Shown here: piece after piece, positions 20,402-31,250 of the stretch | Layout of the letters: each line of letters starts with the position of its first letter | Position numbering within the stretch: position 1 is the first letter of the stretch | From: Shewanella sp. | GTDB lineage: Bacteria; Pseudomonadota; Gammaproteobacteria; Enterobacterales; Shewanellaceae | Assembly: GCF_051658185.1 (NCBI RefSeq) | Contig: NZ_JBOFMC010000067.1 | Coordinates: 1 to 55,154, forward strand | DNA length: 55,154 bases | Direction of reading: 5' to 3' | Notes under the pieces: generated by a model | Told to the model about the DNA's origin: nothing | What the model saw: only the letters and a program-made list of their open reading frames with translations | The model's database searches: none | Program-made: the position numbers and the translations under genes

Positions 20402-22199
20402 CGTCTTTTTGATAACGTTTTTGACTGCGCAGGTTTTCAAAATAGTCAGCTGCCGCCTCGTTCGACAAGCCGCCATATTCGACCGCAACCGCTAACAGCG
20501 CTTGATGTACGTCCTTCGCCATACGCTCGGCATCGCCACAAAGGTAAATATGCGCGCCATTTTGCAACCATTGCCACAGGGTTTGTCCCTGTTGCTTGAT
20601 ACGGTGCTGCACATAAATTTTCTCCGGTTGATCCCGCGAAAATGCCAAGTCGATTCGGCTTAAATCGCCATTTTTCAAATACTGTTGCCACTCGGTTTGA
20701 TACAAAAAATCCTCTTCAAAGTGGGGATTGCCAAAGAATAACCAACTGTCACTGGTAATGCCCTGGGCCACGCGCTCCTGCATAAAAGCGCGAAACGGTG
20801 CGACGCCAGTCCCCGGACCTATCATGATCACCGGGGCAAGTGGATCTTCCGGCAGCCGGAAATGCTTATTGGGTTCAACATAAACCTTAAGCGGCGTGCC
20901 TTCTTGCGCCGAGGCTAAAAAGTGCGATGCACCGCCAAAACGGGTTGCGCCCTCGCGCTCCTCTGCCACTAACGCCACGGTCAAGTGCACTTCGGTATCC
21001 ACTTCGCTTTGGCTTGAGGCGATAGAATAAAGTCTGGGGGTTAATGGGCGTAGCAGCGCAACCACAGTGTTGGCATCCAGCTTTTGTGTATCACTTTTCG
21101 CCTCAACGGCGGCCTTATAGCGCGCAACCAGATCGGCAAATTGATGCGTCAGCATAAACTGGCGCAGCTGCGCTTTATCTTGGCTAACAGCAAGCAACTC
21201 TGCATCCCCCACGAGCTCTGCCCAGGCGGTCACTAAGCCTGGGTGTAACTGCGTCAGCTCTTTTTTCTCCCGCAACGCTTGCTTGAGCGTGTAGGACTCA
21301 TTGTCTAGCGTGACTAAAGTATCCGCGGCCAAATCAAGCCCCTGTAAAATCTCCTCGACGAGAGCCTCACTGTTACTAAACCACACCCCGAGCGCATCCC
21401 CTGCTTGATAGCGCAAGCCAGAATCGCCTAAATCGATTTCCACATGGCGCACATCCCGGTCTGAACCTCGGCCAGTGATTTTTTGGCTGACCAACACTTC
21501 GGCTAGATAAGGATGTTGCTTAGTAAACTCGCCCTCAAGAATCGTAGCCTCGTGGCTGATGGGGACCACACTGGCTGATGAGGTGTGGATTAACGGCTTA
21601 ACCGCCGCTAACACATCCGCATGCCATTGGCCTGTGCGGGTTTCATAGTCCACATCACATTCAACCAATGGCAACAATGCCTTAGCCCCAAGGGCCGCAA
21701 GGCGCGCATTAAAATCCTTACCGGTTTGACAGAAAAAGGGGTAACTCGAATCCCCAAGCGCAAGCACCGCATAATGCAAATTATCTAACCGCGGCGCGCG
21801 CTTTGAGGCTAAAAATTGATGCAATTCAATGGCATCATCCGGTGCTTCCCCATCGCCATGGGTACTGACCACCACCAGCAGCAGGGTTTCTTGTTTGAGT
21901 TGGCGCAGATTATATTCGCCCATGGACGCCAGATTGACCGCATAACCTTGAGACTGCGCCTTGGCCGCGAGGGCGCTGGCAATCCCCCGGCCATTGCCAG
22001 TTTGGCTACCATAGAGAATAGTGAGCGTTTGCGCCTCGCGAGTAGGGGCAGCGACGTGGCCCGCATTTGCTGTTGCAGCAAGATAGCCGCTCACCCAAGC
22101 CATTTGCAGCGCCGTTAACTCCGAAGTGAATTGCTTTAGCTTCTCGACTTGTCCTTGCGACAGGGGGGAAGCCACCGATGAAAGTTCCTTTAACAGCAT
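20394..22199 (-). CDS. cysJ: Sulfite reductase (NADPH) flavoprotein subunit
   Basis: YGSQTGNG flavodoxin loop, PRLYSIASS, GPGTGVAPFR, terminal RYQKDVY. Confidence 0.98.
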   Translation of the reverse strand: MLLKELSSVASPLSQGQVEKLKQFTSELTALQMAWVSGYLAATANAGHVAAPTREAQTLTILYGSQTGNGRGIASALAAKAQSQGYAVNLASMGEYNLRQLKQETLLLVVVSTHGDGEAPDDAIELHQFLASKRAPRLDNLHYAVLALGDSSYPFFCQTGKDFNARLAALGAKALLPLVECDVDYETRTGQWHADVLAAVKPLIHTSSASVVPISHEATILEGEFTKQHPYLAEVLVSQKITGRGSDRDVRHVEIDLGDSGLRYQAGDALGVWFSNSEALVEEILQGLDLAADTLVTLDNESYTLKQALREKKELTQLHPGLVTAWAELVGDAELLAVSQDKAQLRQFMLTHQFADLVARYKAAVEAKSDTQKLDANTVVALLRPLTPRLYSIASSQSEVDTEVHLTVALVAEEREGATRFGGASHFLASAQEGTPLKVYVEPNKHFRLPEDPLAPVIMIGPGTGVAPFRAFMQERVAQGITSDSWLFFGNPHFEEDFLYQTEWQQYLKNGDLSRIDLAFSRDQPEKIYVQHRIKQQGQTLWQWLQNGAHIYLCGDAERMAKDVHQALLAVAVEYGGLSNEAAADYFENLRSQKRYQKDVY

Positions 22200-22261
22200 G
22201 AGATGGCCCTATGACAATGTGATGCAAAGCAGCTTATCGCGTTTTTTGAAAAGCAAAAAAG

Positions 22262-22296
22262 AATAAAATTTAATTTTTAATTCCATTATGGAATAT
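22262..22296 (-). promoter_or_regulatory. Candidate CysB/LysR site upstream of cysJ
   Basis: Dyad ATTCCATTATGGAAT (22280-22294) in an AT-rich tract about 80 bp upstream of cysJ. Confidence 0.45.
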
Positions 22297-22616
22297 GCAA
22301 AGAGCAAAATTTAAGCTACAAAAGTGTGCGCTGGTTAAAAGTTTTTAATACGATCAGTGCCGAAACCCCACGCTTGAGAAATATGCGCTTGTATCAAATC
22401 AAACTCTTGCCACAATGGTATTGAACCTGCCGTACAGTGACCTCTGTGATCGCAGAGAAGTTTGTTTTAACAGCACAAATTTCACACAAGATTTAATGCG
22501 CTCAGTTGCCGCAATCGAATAAGCGGGTTAATTCTCACTGCAGCCTAGCCCTACCTAGGTTTGCTCAGAGGGCCGTACTCAGGCGGAACCATTATATAAA
22601 CCACCAGGGAGTAGTC

Positions 22617-24143
22617 ATGCAGATTGGAATACCGAGAGAGAGTCTCGCCGGTGAGACTCGGGTCGCCGCGACCCCAGCCACCGTTGAGCAGCTTAAAAAA
22701 CTCGGCTTTGAAGTCGTTATTGAGGCCAATGCCGGTCAGCTATCTAGCTTCGATGATGCGGCCTTTGAAGCAGCAGGCGCAACAGTGACGACCGATGTCT
22801 GGCAAGCGGATCTGATTTTTAAGGTCAATGCGCCAAACGATGCCGAAATTGAACAGATTAAACCAGGGGCAACGCTGATTAGCTTTATTTGGCCCGCGCA
22901 AAATCCACAGTTAGTAGAGAAGCTCTCTCAACGCAACATCAATGTGATGGCGATGGATATGGTGCCTCGGATTTCCCGTGCCCAATCCCTCGATGCCCTT
23001 TCTTCTATGGCCAACATTGGCGGTTACCGTGCTGTGGTTGAAGCCGCCCACCACTTTGGCCGTTTCTTTACCGGCCAGATCACCGCAGCAGGTAAAGTGC
23101 CCCCCGCGAAAGTGCTCGTGATCGGTGCCGGGGTTGCCGGACTTGCAGCCATTGGCACAGCGGGCTCCTTAGGGGCGATTGTGCGCGCCTTCGACACTCG
23201 TTTAGAAGTGGCCGAGCAAATCGAATCCATGGGTGGGCAGTTCCTCAAACTCGATTTTACCAACGAAGATGGCAGCTCCTCAGACGGTTACGCCAAAACC
23301 ATGTCCGAGGAATTTATTGCCGCCGAAATGGCGCTGTTTGCCGAGCAAGCGAAAGAAGTCGACATCATTATCACCACTGCGCTGATCCCAGGCCGTCCTG
23401 CGCCTAAGCTCATCACCCAAGCCATGGTCGATAGCATGAAGAGCGGTTCGGTGATTATCGATATGGCCGCTCAAGCCGGTGGCAACTGTGAATACACCCA
23501 ACCGGGTGAATTATTTATCACGGACAATGGCGTGAAGGTGATTGGCTATACCGATCTTCCCGGCCGTTTACCTGCGCAATCATCACAGCTTTATGGCACG
23601 AACCTCGTCAACCTGATGAAGTTAATGTGTAAAGAAAAAGACGGCGTGGCCCACATCAACTTCGAGGATGTGGTCATGCGCAATATGACAGTAGTGAAAG
23701 AAGGCGAAGTCACCTTCCCGCCACCAGCCATTTCAGTCTCGGCCGCGCCAGCAAAACCCGCCGCTAAGGTTGTCGCCAAGGCCGTGGAAGCCAAAGCGCC
23801 GTCAAAACTCAAATACCTGTTTGCCGCCGCGGGCGCGCTTGGGTTTGCCGCAGTGGCCTCGGTGGCACCACCGGAGTTTTTGTCTCACTTTACGGTGTTT
23901 TTACTGTCCTGCGTGGTCGGTTATTACGTCGTGTGGAACGTATCTCACTCACTGCATACGCCGCTAATGTCAGTCACTAACGCGATTTCAGGCATTATCG
24001 TGGTCGGCGCCTTGTTACAAATTGGCCAAGGCTCAACCTTGGTGACTGTGATGGCATTTATTGCTGTGCTGATCGCCAGTATTAACATCTTTGGCGGCTT
24101 TACCGTCACTCAGCGCATGCTGAAGATGTTCCGTAAAGATTAA
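22617..24143 (+). CDS. pntA: NAD(P) transhydrogenase subunit alpha
   Basis: [46 protein letters not shown]; start moved to ATG 22617 after GGGAG. Confidence 0.98.
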   Translation: MQIGIPRESLAGETRVAATPATVEQLKKLGFEVVIEANAGQLSSFDDAAFEAAGATVTTDVWQADLIFKVNAPNDAEIEQIKPGATLISFIWPAQNPQLVEKLSQRNINVMAMDMVPRISRAQSLDALSSMANIGGYRAVVEAAHHFGRFFTGQITAAGKVPPAKVLVIGAGVAGLAAIGTAGSLGAIVRAFDTRLEVAEQIESMGGQFLKLDFTNEDGSSSDGYAKTMSEEFIAAEMALFAEQAKEVDIIITTALIPGRPAPKLITQAMVDSMKSGSVIIDMAAQAGGNCEYTQPGELFITDNGVKVIGYTDLPGRLPAQSSQLYGTNLVNLMKLMCKEKDGVAHINFEDVVMRNMTVVKEGEVTFPPPAISVSAAPAKPAAKVVAKAVEAKAPSKLKYLFAAAGALGFAAVASVAPPEFLSHFTVFLLSCVVGYYVVWNVSHSLHTPLMSVTNAISGIIVVGALLQIGQGSTLVTVMAFIAVLIASINIFGGFTVTQRMLKMFRKD

Positions 24144-24155
24144 GGGGGGTTTAAC

Positions 24156-25637
24156 GTGTCTCAAGGACTGGTAACAGCAGCTTATATCGTTGCCGCCATT
24201 CTCTTTATCTTCAGTCTCGCGGGACTGTCGAAGCAAGAGACGGCAAAACACGGCAATATTTTTGGAATAACGGGTATGGCGATAGCCCTACTGGCAACCA
24301 TTTTCAACCCTGACACTAGCGGGGTTGCCTGGATTTTAGTCGCGATGGTGATCGGCGGCGCCATTGGTGTGCGTTTAGCCTTAAAAGTCGAAATGACCGA
24401 AATGCCAGAGCTGGTCGCCGTACTCCACAGTTTTGTGGGCATGGCCGCGGTGTTAGTCGGCTTTAATAGCTTTATCGATTTACACCCAGAGCAAGTGTCA
24501 CAAATAGTGGTCGCGGTAGGTGGCGATATTGATGCCACGTTAACGGCGGTGCACAATGCCCTTACGGCAGCGGCAACAACAACCCATGAGCCCTTAACTG
24601 GCGCCATGCTTAATATTCATTTGGTTGAAGTATTCCTTGGGATCTTCATCGGCGCCGTCACCTTCACCGGTTCCATTGTCGCCTTTGGTAAATTGCGCGG
24701 CCTGATTTCATCAAAACCCTTGATGTTGCCACACCGCCATAAACTCAACCTTGTGGCGGTATTGGTGTCCTTTGCCCTACTGGTGTACTTCGTACAAACC
24801 GGCGGCACTATGCCAGCGCTACTGCTGATGACGCTGATTGCCTTTGCCTTTGGCTGGCATTTAGTGGCATCGATTGGCGGCGCGGATATGCCGGTTGTGG
24901 TGTCGATGCTCAACTCCTACTCAGGTTGGGCGGCAGCGGCGGCGGGCTTTATGCTTTCCAACGATCTGTTGATCGTGGTAGGCGCCTTAGTCGGCTCATC
25001 GGGGGCGATTCTGTCTTACATCATGTGTAAGGCGATGAACCGCTCGTTTATTTCCGTTATCGCGGGCGGTTTTGGTACCGATGGTGTGGCCTCCTCTGCT
25101 GACGAGGAAATGGGCGAATACCGTGAGACCAACGCCGAAGATGTGGCGGATATGCTGAAAAATGCTACGTCAGTTATCATCACCCCAGGCTATGGCATGG
25201 CGGTGGCTCAGGCACAGTATCCTGTCGCTGAAATCACCCAAAAACTGCGGGATCGCGGCGTGAAAGTGCGCTTTGGTATTCACCCTGTGGCGGGGCGTTT
25301 ACCCGGCCATATGAACGTACTGCTGGCCGAAGCTAAAGTCCCCTACGATATCGTGCTCGAAATGGACGAAATCAACGAAGACTTTAGCGATACTGATGTC
25401 GTGCTGGTGATCGGTGCAAACGATACGGTGAACCCTGCGGCGATGGAAGATCCGGGCAGCCCAATTGCGGGGATGCCTGTGCTTGAAGTGTGGAAAGCGC
25501 AAAACGTTATTGGCTTTAAACGCTCCATGAACACAGGTTACGCCGGCGTGCAAAACCCGCTGTTCTTTAAAGACAATACCCAAATGCTGTTTGGCGATGC
25601 CAAGGCCAGCGTTGAAGCGATTTTAAAGGCCCTGTAA
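24156..25637 (+). CDS. pntB: NAD(P) transhydrogenase subunit beta
   Basis: [42 protein letters not shown] start. Confidence 0.98.
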   Translation: MSQGLVTAAYIVAAILFIFSLAGLSKQETAKHGNIFGITGMAIALLATIFNPDTSGVAWILVAMVIGGAIGVRLALKVEMTEMPELVAVLHSFVGMAAVLVGFNSFIDLHPEQVSQIVVAVGGDIDATLTAVHNALTAAATTTHEPLTGAMLNIHLVEVFLGIFIGAVTFTGSIVAFGKLRGLISSKPLMLPHRHKLNLVAVLVSFALLVYFVQTGGTMPALLLMTLIAFAFGWHLVASIGGADMPVVVSMLNSYSGWAAAAAGFMLSNDLLIVVGALVGSSGAILSYIMCKAMNRSFISVIAGGFGTDGVASSADEEMGEYRETNAEDVADMLKNATSVIITPGYGMAVAQAQYPVAEITQKLRDRGVKVRFGIHPVAGRLPGHMNVLLAEAKVPYDIVLEMDEINEDFSDTDVVLVIGANDTVNPAAMEDPGSPIAGMPVLEVWKAQNVIGFKRSMNTGYAGVQNPLFFKDNTQMLFGDAKASVEAILKAL

Positions 25638-25674
25638 AAGCGGCCTTAAACCACGGCTAACCGCCTAGGGTAAC

Positions 25675-25706
25675 AACACAAAGGGAGCGCAGGCTCCCTT
25701 TGTGTT
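25675..25706 (+). terminator. Terminator of pntAB
   Basis: AACACAAAGGGAGC-gcag-GCTCCCTTTGTGTT. Confidence 0.8.
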
Positions 25707-25748
25707 TATGATGTTCACCGGCATTGACGCCTCGCAAGCAAGCCTGCT

Positions 25749-25891
25749 GAACTCACACAACAAAACCACACAACAAACTCACACAACAAACTCACATCAG
25801 AAGATCACACAACAATCCTGCAGCACAAACTCGCACAACTATCCTGCAGCACAAACCCGCACAACAATCCGGCACCACAAACTCGCATCAC
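25749..25891. repeat. 13-bp tandem array, 11 units, turning into a 26-bp higher-order repeat
   Basis: AAACTCACACAAC-type units, later alternating with AATCCTGCAGCAC-type units. Confidence 0.9.
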
Positions 25892-26141
25892 AACCTTCAC
25901 GGATAGCAAACCACGATATTAACCCCGCATCGTAACGGGCCTGTTCAGCTTGCCGAATAAGGGCGTTACCGGCTATCGCCTGCAGGCCTATGCCGTTATC
26001 TTCATTCAACGGCGACGCCTCAACAATCTTAAAGGCAGTGCTCGCCTCGTCGTCAGTCATTGACTCACACGCCCTTTTCTCGCATCCCATGGGGATTAAT
26101 TATATAATCGCGCGCCATAGCCTCATCCCGAAGGAAATTCC

Positions 26142-26549
26142 ATGCACGATATAATTGAGCAGCTCCAAGAACGCAGTGAAACCGTGCCAGTGCCACTCGA
26201 ATTACCGACATTTGAGCAATTGGTTGAGGTCGAAGAACAGATTTTGATCGCCTTGCCGCGGGAGCTAAAGGAATACCTGCTCTACGCCAGTGATGTGATT
26301 TATGGTGCCATCGAACCCGTAACCGTGGCCGATCCCTATTCCCACACCTATCTACCTGAAGTGACCTGCTATGCTTGGTCAATCGGCATGCCAAGGGAAA
26401 TGATCGCCATCTGCCAGATGGGAGATAATTTTTACTGCATCGACCAAGATGGCCAAGTGCACTTTTGGCAAGATGGCGACTTTGCCGATATCTACTGGGA
26501 ATCCTTCTGGGAATGGGTCGAAGATATCTGGTTAAAAAACAAATACTAA
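26142..26549 (+). CDS. SMI1/KNR4 (SUKH) family protein
   Basis: P...L..VEEQI.I.LP.ELKEYL N-terminal motif, GDNFYCID, SFWEWV; very acidic. Confidence 0.82.
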   Translation: MHDIIEQLQERSETVPVPLELPTFEQLVEVEEQILIALPRELKEYLLYASDVIYGAIEPVTVADPYSHTYLPEVTCYAWSIGMPREMIAICQMGDNFYCIDQDGQVHFWQDGDFADIYWESFWEWVEDIWLKNKY

Positions 26550-26579
26550 ATTTATTTAAGTGAACTTGAGAATCTGATT

Positions 26580-27080
26580 ATGTCTAAAACCATTGGCTTA
26601 AATGCCATCGAAATGAGCTACCTACGCCAATCACTGAGCCTCAGCGTGGCTCAAGTGGCAGAACTGACCAAGCATAGTGAAGCCGATGTCCTCGCTTGGG
26701 AGCAGGGTCAAGCCTTAGCGCCTGAGCTGGCCCAAAAAAAATTACTCGAGATAGACGATATTATCGAGATGCAAGTCCTGAATACCACCGATGGTATCGA
26801 AGCCCTGTTTAAGAAAGAACCCAAGCGCCAGCTCGCCTTTGTGGTTTATCCCACCCAAGCCCTGTACACCCAATATAATCCCGAGTTTTTAAGCTCGCTG
26901 CCCTTAACCGAGCTGTATAACACCGCGGCGTGGCGCATCAAAAAAGAATGTAAACTGGTACTTGAGGTCGATGTCAGCTTAGTGCCGTTAAATGTCGATG
27001 CCTATAAAAGCTACCGCGAGCAACATGGTTTAAGTGAAAGCCGTGAAAGCCGAGCAAAGTGGGCGGCCACCCAACTTTAA
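26580..27080 (+). CDS. XRE-type HTH protein (DUF4447-like)
   Basis: [30 protein letters not shown] is a Cro/XRE HTH; 30 bp after the SMI1 gene. Confidence 0.75.
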   Translation: MSKTIGLNAIEMSYLRQSLSLSVAQVAELTKHSEADVLAWEQGQALAPELAQKKLLEIDDIIEMQVLNTTDGIEALFKKEPKRQLAFVVYPTQALYTQYNPEFLSSLPLTELYNTAAWRIKKECKLVLEVDVSLVPLNVDAYKSYREQHGLSESRESRAKWAATQL

Positions 27081-27246
27081 TTCCTTATTAACGGGCGCGC
27101 CGCAGCAAGCCATAGTGAATGCATGGGCTGCGCGGCAGTCATATTGCGGCCCGTGACCTCGCCAGCTAAAACCCTCGCCTGCATTTCAGGCGATTTTTAC
27201 GTTATAATGCACCTTCTTAAACCAGACCGCGCAGCCGCGCCAAGAG

Positions 27247-27717
27247 ATGACCATGATTAACAATGATATTTTGCGCCGTTTGCGCTTCGTGTTTGATTTC
27301 AGCAATGCCAAAATGATTAAGATTTTTGCCAAAGCTGGAAGAGAAGTGCCCGTCGAAGAGATGATTGATCTGCTACGCAAAGAAGAGGAAGAAGGTTATA
27401 AGGCGTGTAACGACACGACCCTATGCCAGTTTTTAGATGGTCTTATCATTGATAAGCGCGGCCTACGTGAAGGCGCTGACATCCCTGCACCGGTTTCACG
27501 TTTAAACAACAACCTCATCTTCAAAAAGCTACGAGTCGCTCTCGAAATGCGTGAAGAAGATATCGTGGCCACCCTCGCCTTAGCCGATATGCAGATGTCA
27601 AAATCAGAACTGAGCGCCCTGTTCCGCAATCCAGAGCATAAAAACTTCAAAGAATGTGGCGATCAAATTCTGCGAAATTTCATCCGCGGCTTATCCCTGA
27701 AATATCGCGGCGTGTAA
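27247..27717 (+). CDS. DUF1456 (YehS-like) protein
   Basis: Two internal repeats NNDILRRLR..FLDGL and NNNLIFKKLR..FIRGL. Confidence 0.85.
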   Translation: MTMINNDILRRLRFVFDFSNAKMIKIFAKAGREVPVEEMIDLLRKEEEEGYKACNDTTLCQFLDGLIIDKRGLREGADIPAPVSRLNNNLIFKKLRVALEMREEDIVATLALADMQMSKSELSALFRNPEHKNFKECGDQILRNFIRGLSLKYRGV

Positions 27718-27747
27718 GGCGCTAAGATTGACCATCGCGCACCACCT

Positions 27748-27770
27748 ACGCAGCTTCGGCTGCGTTTTTT
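27748..27770 (+). terminator. Intrinsic terminator
   Basis: ACGCAGC-TTCG-GCTGCGT plus T-run. Confidence 0.85.
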
Positions 27771-27830
27771 ATGGCATATCGCGAGCAGAGCTCGCCTAAA
27801 TGAGCCGTTGCGGCTCCGCCATCCGCCACT

Positions 27831-27886
27831 CATCGTTTTCGTATCATCATTTTCGTATCATCGTTTTCGTATCATCATTTTCGTAT
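27831..27886. repeat. 14-bp repeat x4, organised as a perfect 28-bp dimer x2
   Basis: CATCGTTTTCGTAT-CATCATTTTCGTAT repeated twice. Confidence 0.92.
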
Positions 27887-28140
27887 TTCCCGGACATCCC
27901 GCCGCCCTTATTCACCCTTAAACCTCAGCGGGCAACCCGCGAATACCGTCACCAAAAAGGCACCACGCCATCGTGACACCGCCCGAGCAAAAGCGGCAGA
28001 GTTAAGCAGCGCCACGGGGTTATCTGGCAAAAAGTGCCATAAATACCTCAGGATAAGACCACAACGATCACATTTCATGTTACCCTAGCGTGACCTGTAG
28101 CACGTAGCAAACCAATTAAACAACAACTCAAAGGTTACCC

Positions 28141-29829
28141 ATGGTCGATAATAAACGCCCCCTCTATCTTCCGTTTGCAGGACCTGCCATTCTTGAAGCC
28201 CCACTCATTAACAAGGGCAGTGCATTTTCTGAAGAAGAGCGAATTTTCTTTAATCTCGAAGGCCTACTCCCCTACGCAATTGAAACCATTGAAGAACAGG
28301 CATCCCGTGCCTACCATCAATTTAAAAGTTTCAATAATGACCTCGACAAGCACATTTACCTGCGCAATATCCAAGACACTAACGAAACCCTGTTTTATCG
28401 TTTAGTGCAAAATCACATCAGCGAAATGATGCCGATTATCTACACGCCAACGGTAGGGTTGGCCTGTGAGCGCTTTTCAAAAAACTATCGCCGCAACCGT
28501 GGCCTGTTCATCTCCTATCCCAACAAAGACAGGATTGATGACATTTTAAACAACTCCACCCGCCAAAAGGTCAAAATCATCGTGGTAACTGACGGTGAAC
28601 GGATTTTAGGCCTGGGCGATCAGGGGATTGGCGGCATGGGGATCCCGATTGGCAAATTGTCGCTGTACACCAGTTGCGGCGGGATAAGCCCAGCCTATAC
28701 TCTGCCGATCACCCTCGATGTCGGCACCGATAACCCACAACTGTTAGAAGATCCCATGTACATGGGCTGGCGTCATCCTCGGATCGGTGGCCAAGAATAT
28801 GCCGATTTTATCGAAGCCTTTATGCAAGCCGTCCATATCCGCTGGCCAGATACCCTGATCCAATTTGAAGACTTCGCCCAAAAGAATGCGATGCCCATCC
28901 TTGAGCGTTATAAGGATCGCTATTGCTGTTTTAACGATGATATTCAAGGCACTGCAGCAGTCACTGTCGGCTCTCTACTGGCGGCCTGCAAAGCTGCCGG
29001 AACGGAACTGAAGCAACAGCGAATTGCCTTTTTAGGCGCAGGCAGCGCAGGATGCGGTATCGCCGAGGCCATCGTTGCGCAAATGGTGTCCGAAGGCATA
29101 AGCGACGAGCAAGCGCGTAGCCAAGTGTGTATGGTGGATCGCTGGGGATTGTTGCTAGACAACATGCCAAACCTGTTGCCCTTCCAGCAAAAACTGACGC
29201 AAAAGTGCAGCGATATTAGTCACTGGCATAACTTTAGCGACAATATTTCCCTATTGGATGTCGTCAATAATGCCAAACCTACGGTATTAATTGGGGTCTC
29301 AGGCGCACCGGGATTATTCACTGAAGAAATTATTCGGGCAATGCATAGCCACTGCGCTCGACCGATTATCTTCCCGCTATCTAACCCAACCAGTCGGGTT
29401 GAAGCTACGCCAAAGGACATTTTACATTGGACGTCAGGGCAAGCACTCGTCGCCACTGGCAGTCCATTTGAGCCGGTGGTGATTGATGGGGAAACCTATG
29501 AAATTGCCCAGTGTAATAATAGTTTTATCTTCCCAGGGATTGGCTTAGGTGTGCTGGCCTCTGGCGCCAGCCACGTCTCCGATGCCATGTTAATGGCCTC
29601 AAGCCGCGCCTTAGCTGAATGCTCGCCCTTGGCCATTCATGGTACAGGCCCGCTGCTGCCCAAACTGGAAGATATTCATACTGTGAGCAAACATATCGCC
29701 TTTGCGGTCGGTAAAGTCGCGATAGCACAAGGGTTATCCCTACCCGCCAGCGATGAGTTGCTTCAGCAAGCCATTGAAGATAACTTTTGGAAACCAGAAT
29801 ACCGTCGATATAAGCGAACCTCATTCTAA
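28141..29829 (+). CDS. maeA: NAD-dependent malic enzyme
   Basis: [46 protein letters not shown]. Confidence 0.96.
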   Translation: MVDNKRPLYLPFAGPAILEAPLINKGSAFSEEERIFFNLEGLLPYAIETIEEQASRAYHQFKSFNNDLDKHIYLRNIQDTNETLFYRLVQNHISEMMPIIYTPTVGLACERFSKNYRRNRGLFISYPNKDRIDDILNNSTRQKVKIIVVTDGERILGLGDQGIGGMGIPIGKLSLYTSCGGISPAYTLPITLDVGTDNPQLLEDPMYMGWRHPRIGGQEYADFIEAFMQAVHIRWPDTLIQFEDFAQKNAMPILERYKDRYCCFNDDIQGTAAVTVGSLLAACKAAGTELKQQRIAFLGAGSAGCGIAEAIVAQMVSEGISDEQARSQVCMVDRWGLLLDNMPNLLPFQQKLTQKCSDISHWHNFSDNISLLDVVNNAKPTVLIGVSGAPGLFTEEIIRAMHSHCARPIIFPLSNPTSRVEATPKDILHWTSGQALVATGSPFEPVVIDGETYEIAQCNNSFIFPGIGLGVLASGASHVSDAMLMASSRALAECSPLAIHGTGPLLPKLEDIHTVSKHIAFAVGKVAIAQGLSLPASDELLQQAIEDNFWKPEYRRYKRTSF

Positions 29830-29853
29830 AGTGCTGCTTATGCTGGCTTAAAC

Positions 29854-29889
29854 CACAAGGCCCGTCATCTCACCATGACGGGCCTTGTG
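29854..29889. terminator. 15-bp-stem hairpin between convergent genes
   Basis: CACAAGGCCCGTCAT-ctcacc-ATGACGGGCCTTGTG; weak U-tracts. Confidence 0.65.
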
Positions 29890-29900
29890 ACTGTCGATAT

Positions 29901-29964
29901 TCGGATAGTTGGATAATCGGATAATCGGATAATCGGATAATCGGATAATCGGATAATCGGATAA
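29901..29964. repeat. (TCGGATAA)n VNTR, 8 units, 6 perfect
   Basis: TCGGATAG, TTGGATAA, then TCGGATAA x6. Confidence 0.95.
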
Positions 29965-30057
29965 GTTAATAGCCAAAATAAACAGTCGACAACCTTACCG
30001 AGCCACATTAACCACGTGGCCAATCACTCGCCAACCCCTTCATACGCGAAGCGGAAT

Positions 30058-30492
30058 TTACGGCGCCATCACCTGCTTAAAACTATTCAGCATAGAGCGA
30101 TCGGTTCTGGCCTTTTTCAACTTGCGCACACATTCCTTGAGTGACTGCTGCGCCAAACGGCTAAATATGCCGTCGTACTCTTTCTCGTTGATGGCTTCCT
30201 CAGTATCGGCCTGCTCAGAAATCTCCTGAGCGACTCGGCTTAATTGCAGCCAAGCATTGGCGATATAAAAGCCATGGAATTGAGCCTGTGGCATAAGCTG
30301 TTGCGCGCTCGCCGGCAGCGCCTGCCAAGCTTGGCTAAATGATGCGTCTTTGTCCTGTAACAATTCCGCCAACAGGCCTTGGTAAGCTGCCACTAAACTC
30401 TCGGGCATATTCGCCATTGGCAAGACTTTATTCGCAACATTAAAAGACGTTTGCGTCGCCATCTCGCGATAAGCATCAGATAATTGACTCAT
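30058..30492 (-). CDS. Conserved hypothetical protein (DUF3069-like)
   Basis: Helical protein ending LKECVRKLKKARTDRSMLNSFK; GAGAG RBS; 32 bp after the PAP2 gene. Confidence 0.72.
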   Translation of the reverse strand: MSQLSDAYREMATQTSFNVANKVLPMANMPESLVAAYQGLLAELLQDKDASFSQAWQALPASAQQLMPQAQFHGFYIANAWLQLSRVAQEISEQADTEEAINEKEYDGIFSRLAQQSLKECVRKLKKARTDRSMLNSFKQVMAP

Positions 30493-30524
30493 AAATACTC
30501 TCTCATTCCCAACAAAAAACGTGG

Positions 30525-31052
30525 CTAAAACTGGCCACTTACATATAAGCCATACACGCCCTGACTCGCTAAGGGCGTCACAGTGAGCCCTTGATACGGC
30601 TCAGAAAAATACCAGCCCGCTAGCGCCCCGATGGCGGCGCCCACTAACACATCTTCTAAATAATGTTGATCGCTCGCCACTCGGGTATAACCCACATAGG
30701 AGGCAAGGGCGTAAGCGGGTAAGCCATATTGCCAACCATACCGCTGCTGAATAAAGGTGGCCGCCATAAAACTATCTGAGGTATGGCCCGATGGAAAAGA
30801 GTCGTCGCCACTGCCGTCAGGCCTGTCTTTACTCACCCCATACTTCAGCCCTTCCACAATTAAGCGGCTCGACACCGCCGCCCGCATTAATTGCCAACTG
30901 CCATCATAGTTATCCTCGTACCACAAGGTTGCCCCTAATGCCGTCGCGGGCAACAGCAAGTGCAAGACATCCCCAGAGGTCTCTAAATCGGAGCTAGCCC
31001 AGCTAAAGCTACTGATACTCAATAAACATACTGCCACTAGTGCTTTCAACAC
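30525..31052 (-). CDS. PAP2-family phosphatase with signal peptide
   Basis: K-x6-RP (KYGVSKDRP), SFPSGH and R-x5-H-x3-D (RVASDQHYLED). Confidence 0.9.
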   Translation of the reverse strand: MLKALVAVCLLSISSFSWASSDLETSGDVLHLLLPATALGATLWYEDNYDGSWQLMRAAVSSRLIVEGLKYGVSKDRPDGSGDDSFPSGHTSDSFMAATFIQQRYGWQYGLPAYALASYVGYTRVASDQHYLEDVLVGAAIGALAGWYFSEPYQGLTVTPLASQGVYGLYVSGQF

Positions 31053-31250
31053 GCCCCCAGCATCGATAAATTTTAAGCCGACGTTTATACCCTCATACGC
31101 CTGTGAATGCTACTTAGATGAGTGATAAACATGGTTAAATGTAAAGTTGATTAATACAAAATTGTGATGAATCAAGATCAACCATTAAAAAAAATAATAT
31201 GCTAGTATGGTAAACAAGATGTTATTTTTCCCGGACAGGAGTCTCTCCCC

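Noticed and set aside
25702..26090. ORFs 25702-25935 (+) and 25839-26090 (-)
   Set aside because: They cross a terminator or the stop-poor 13-bp array, have no clear RBS and no protein-like composition.
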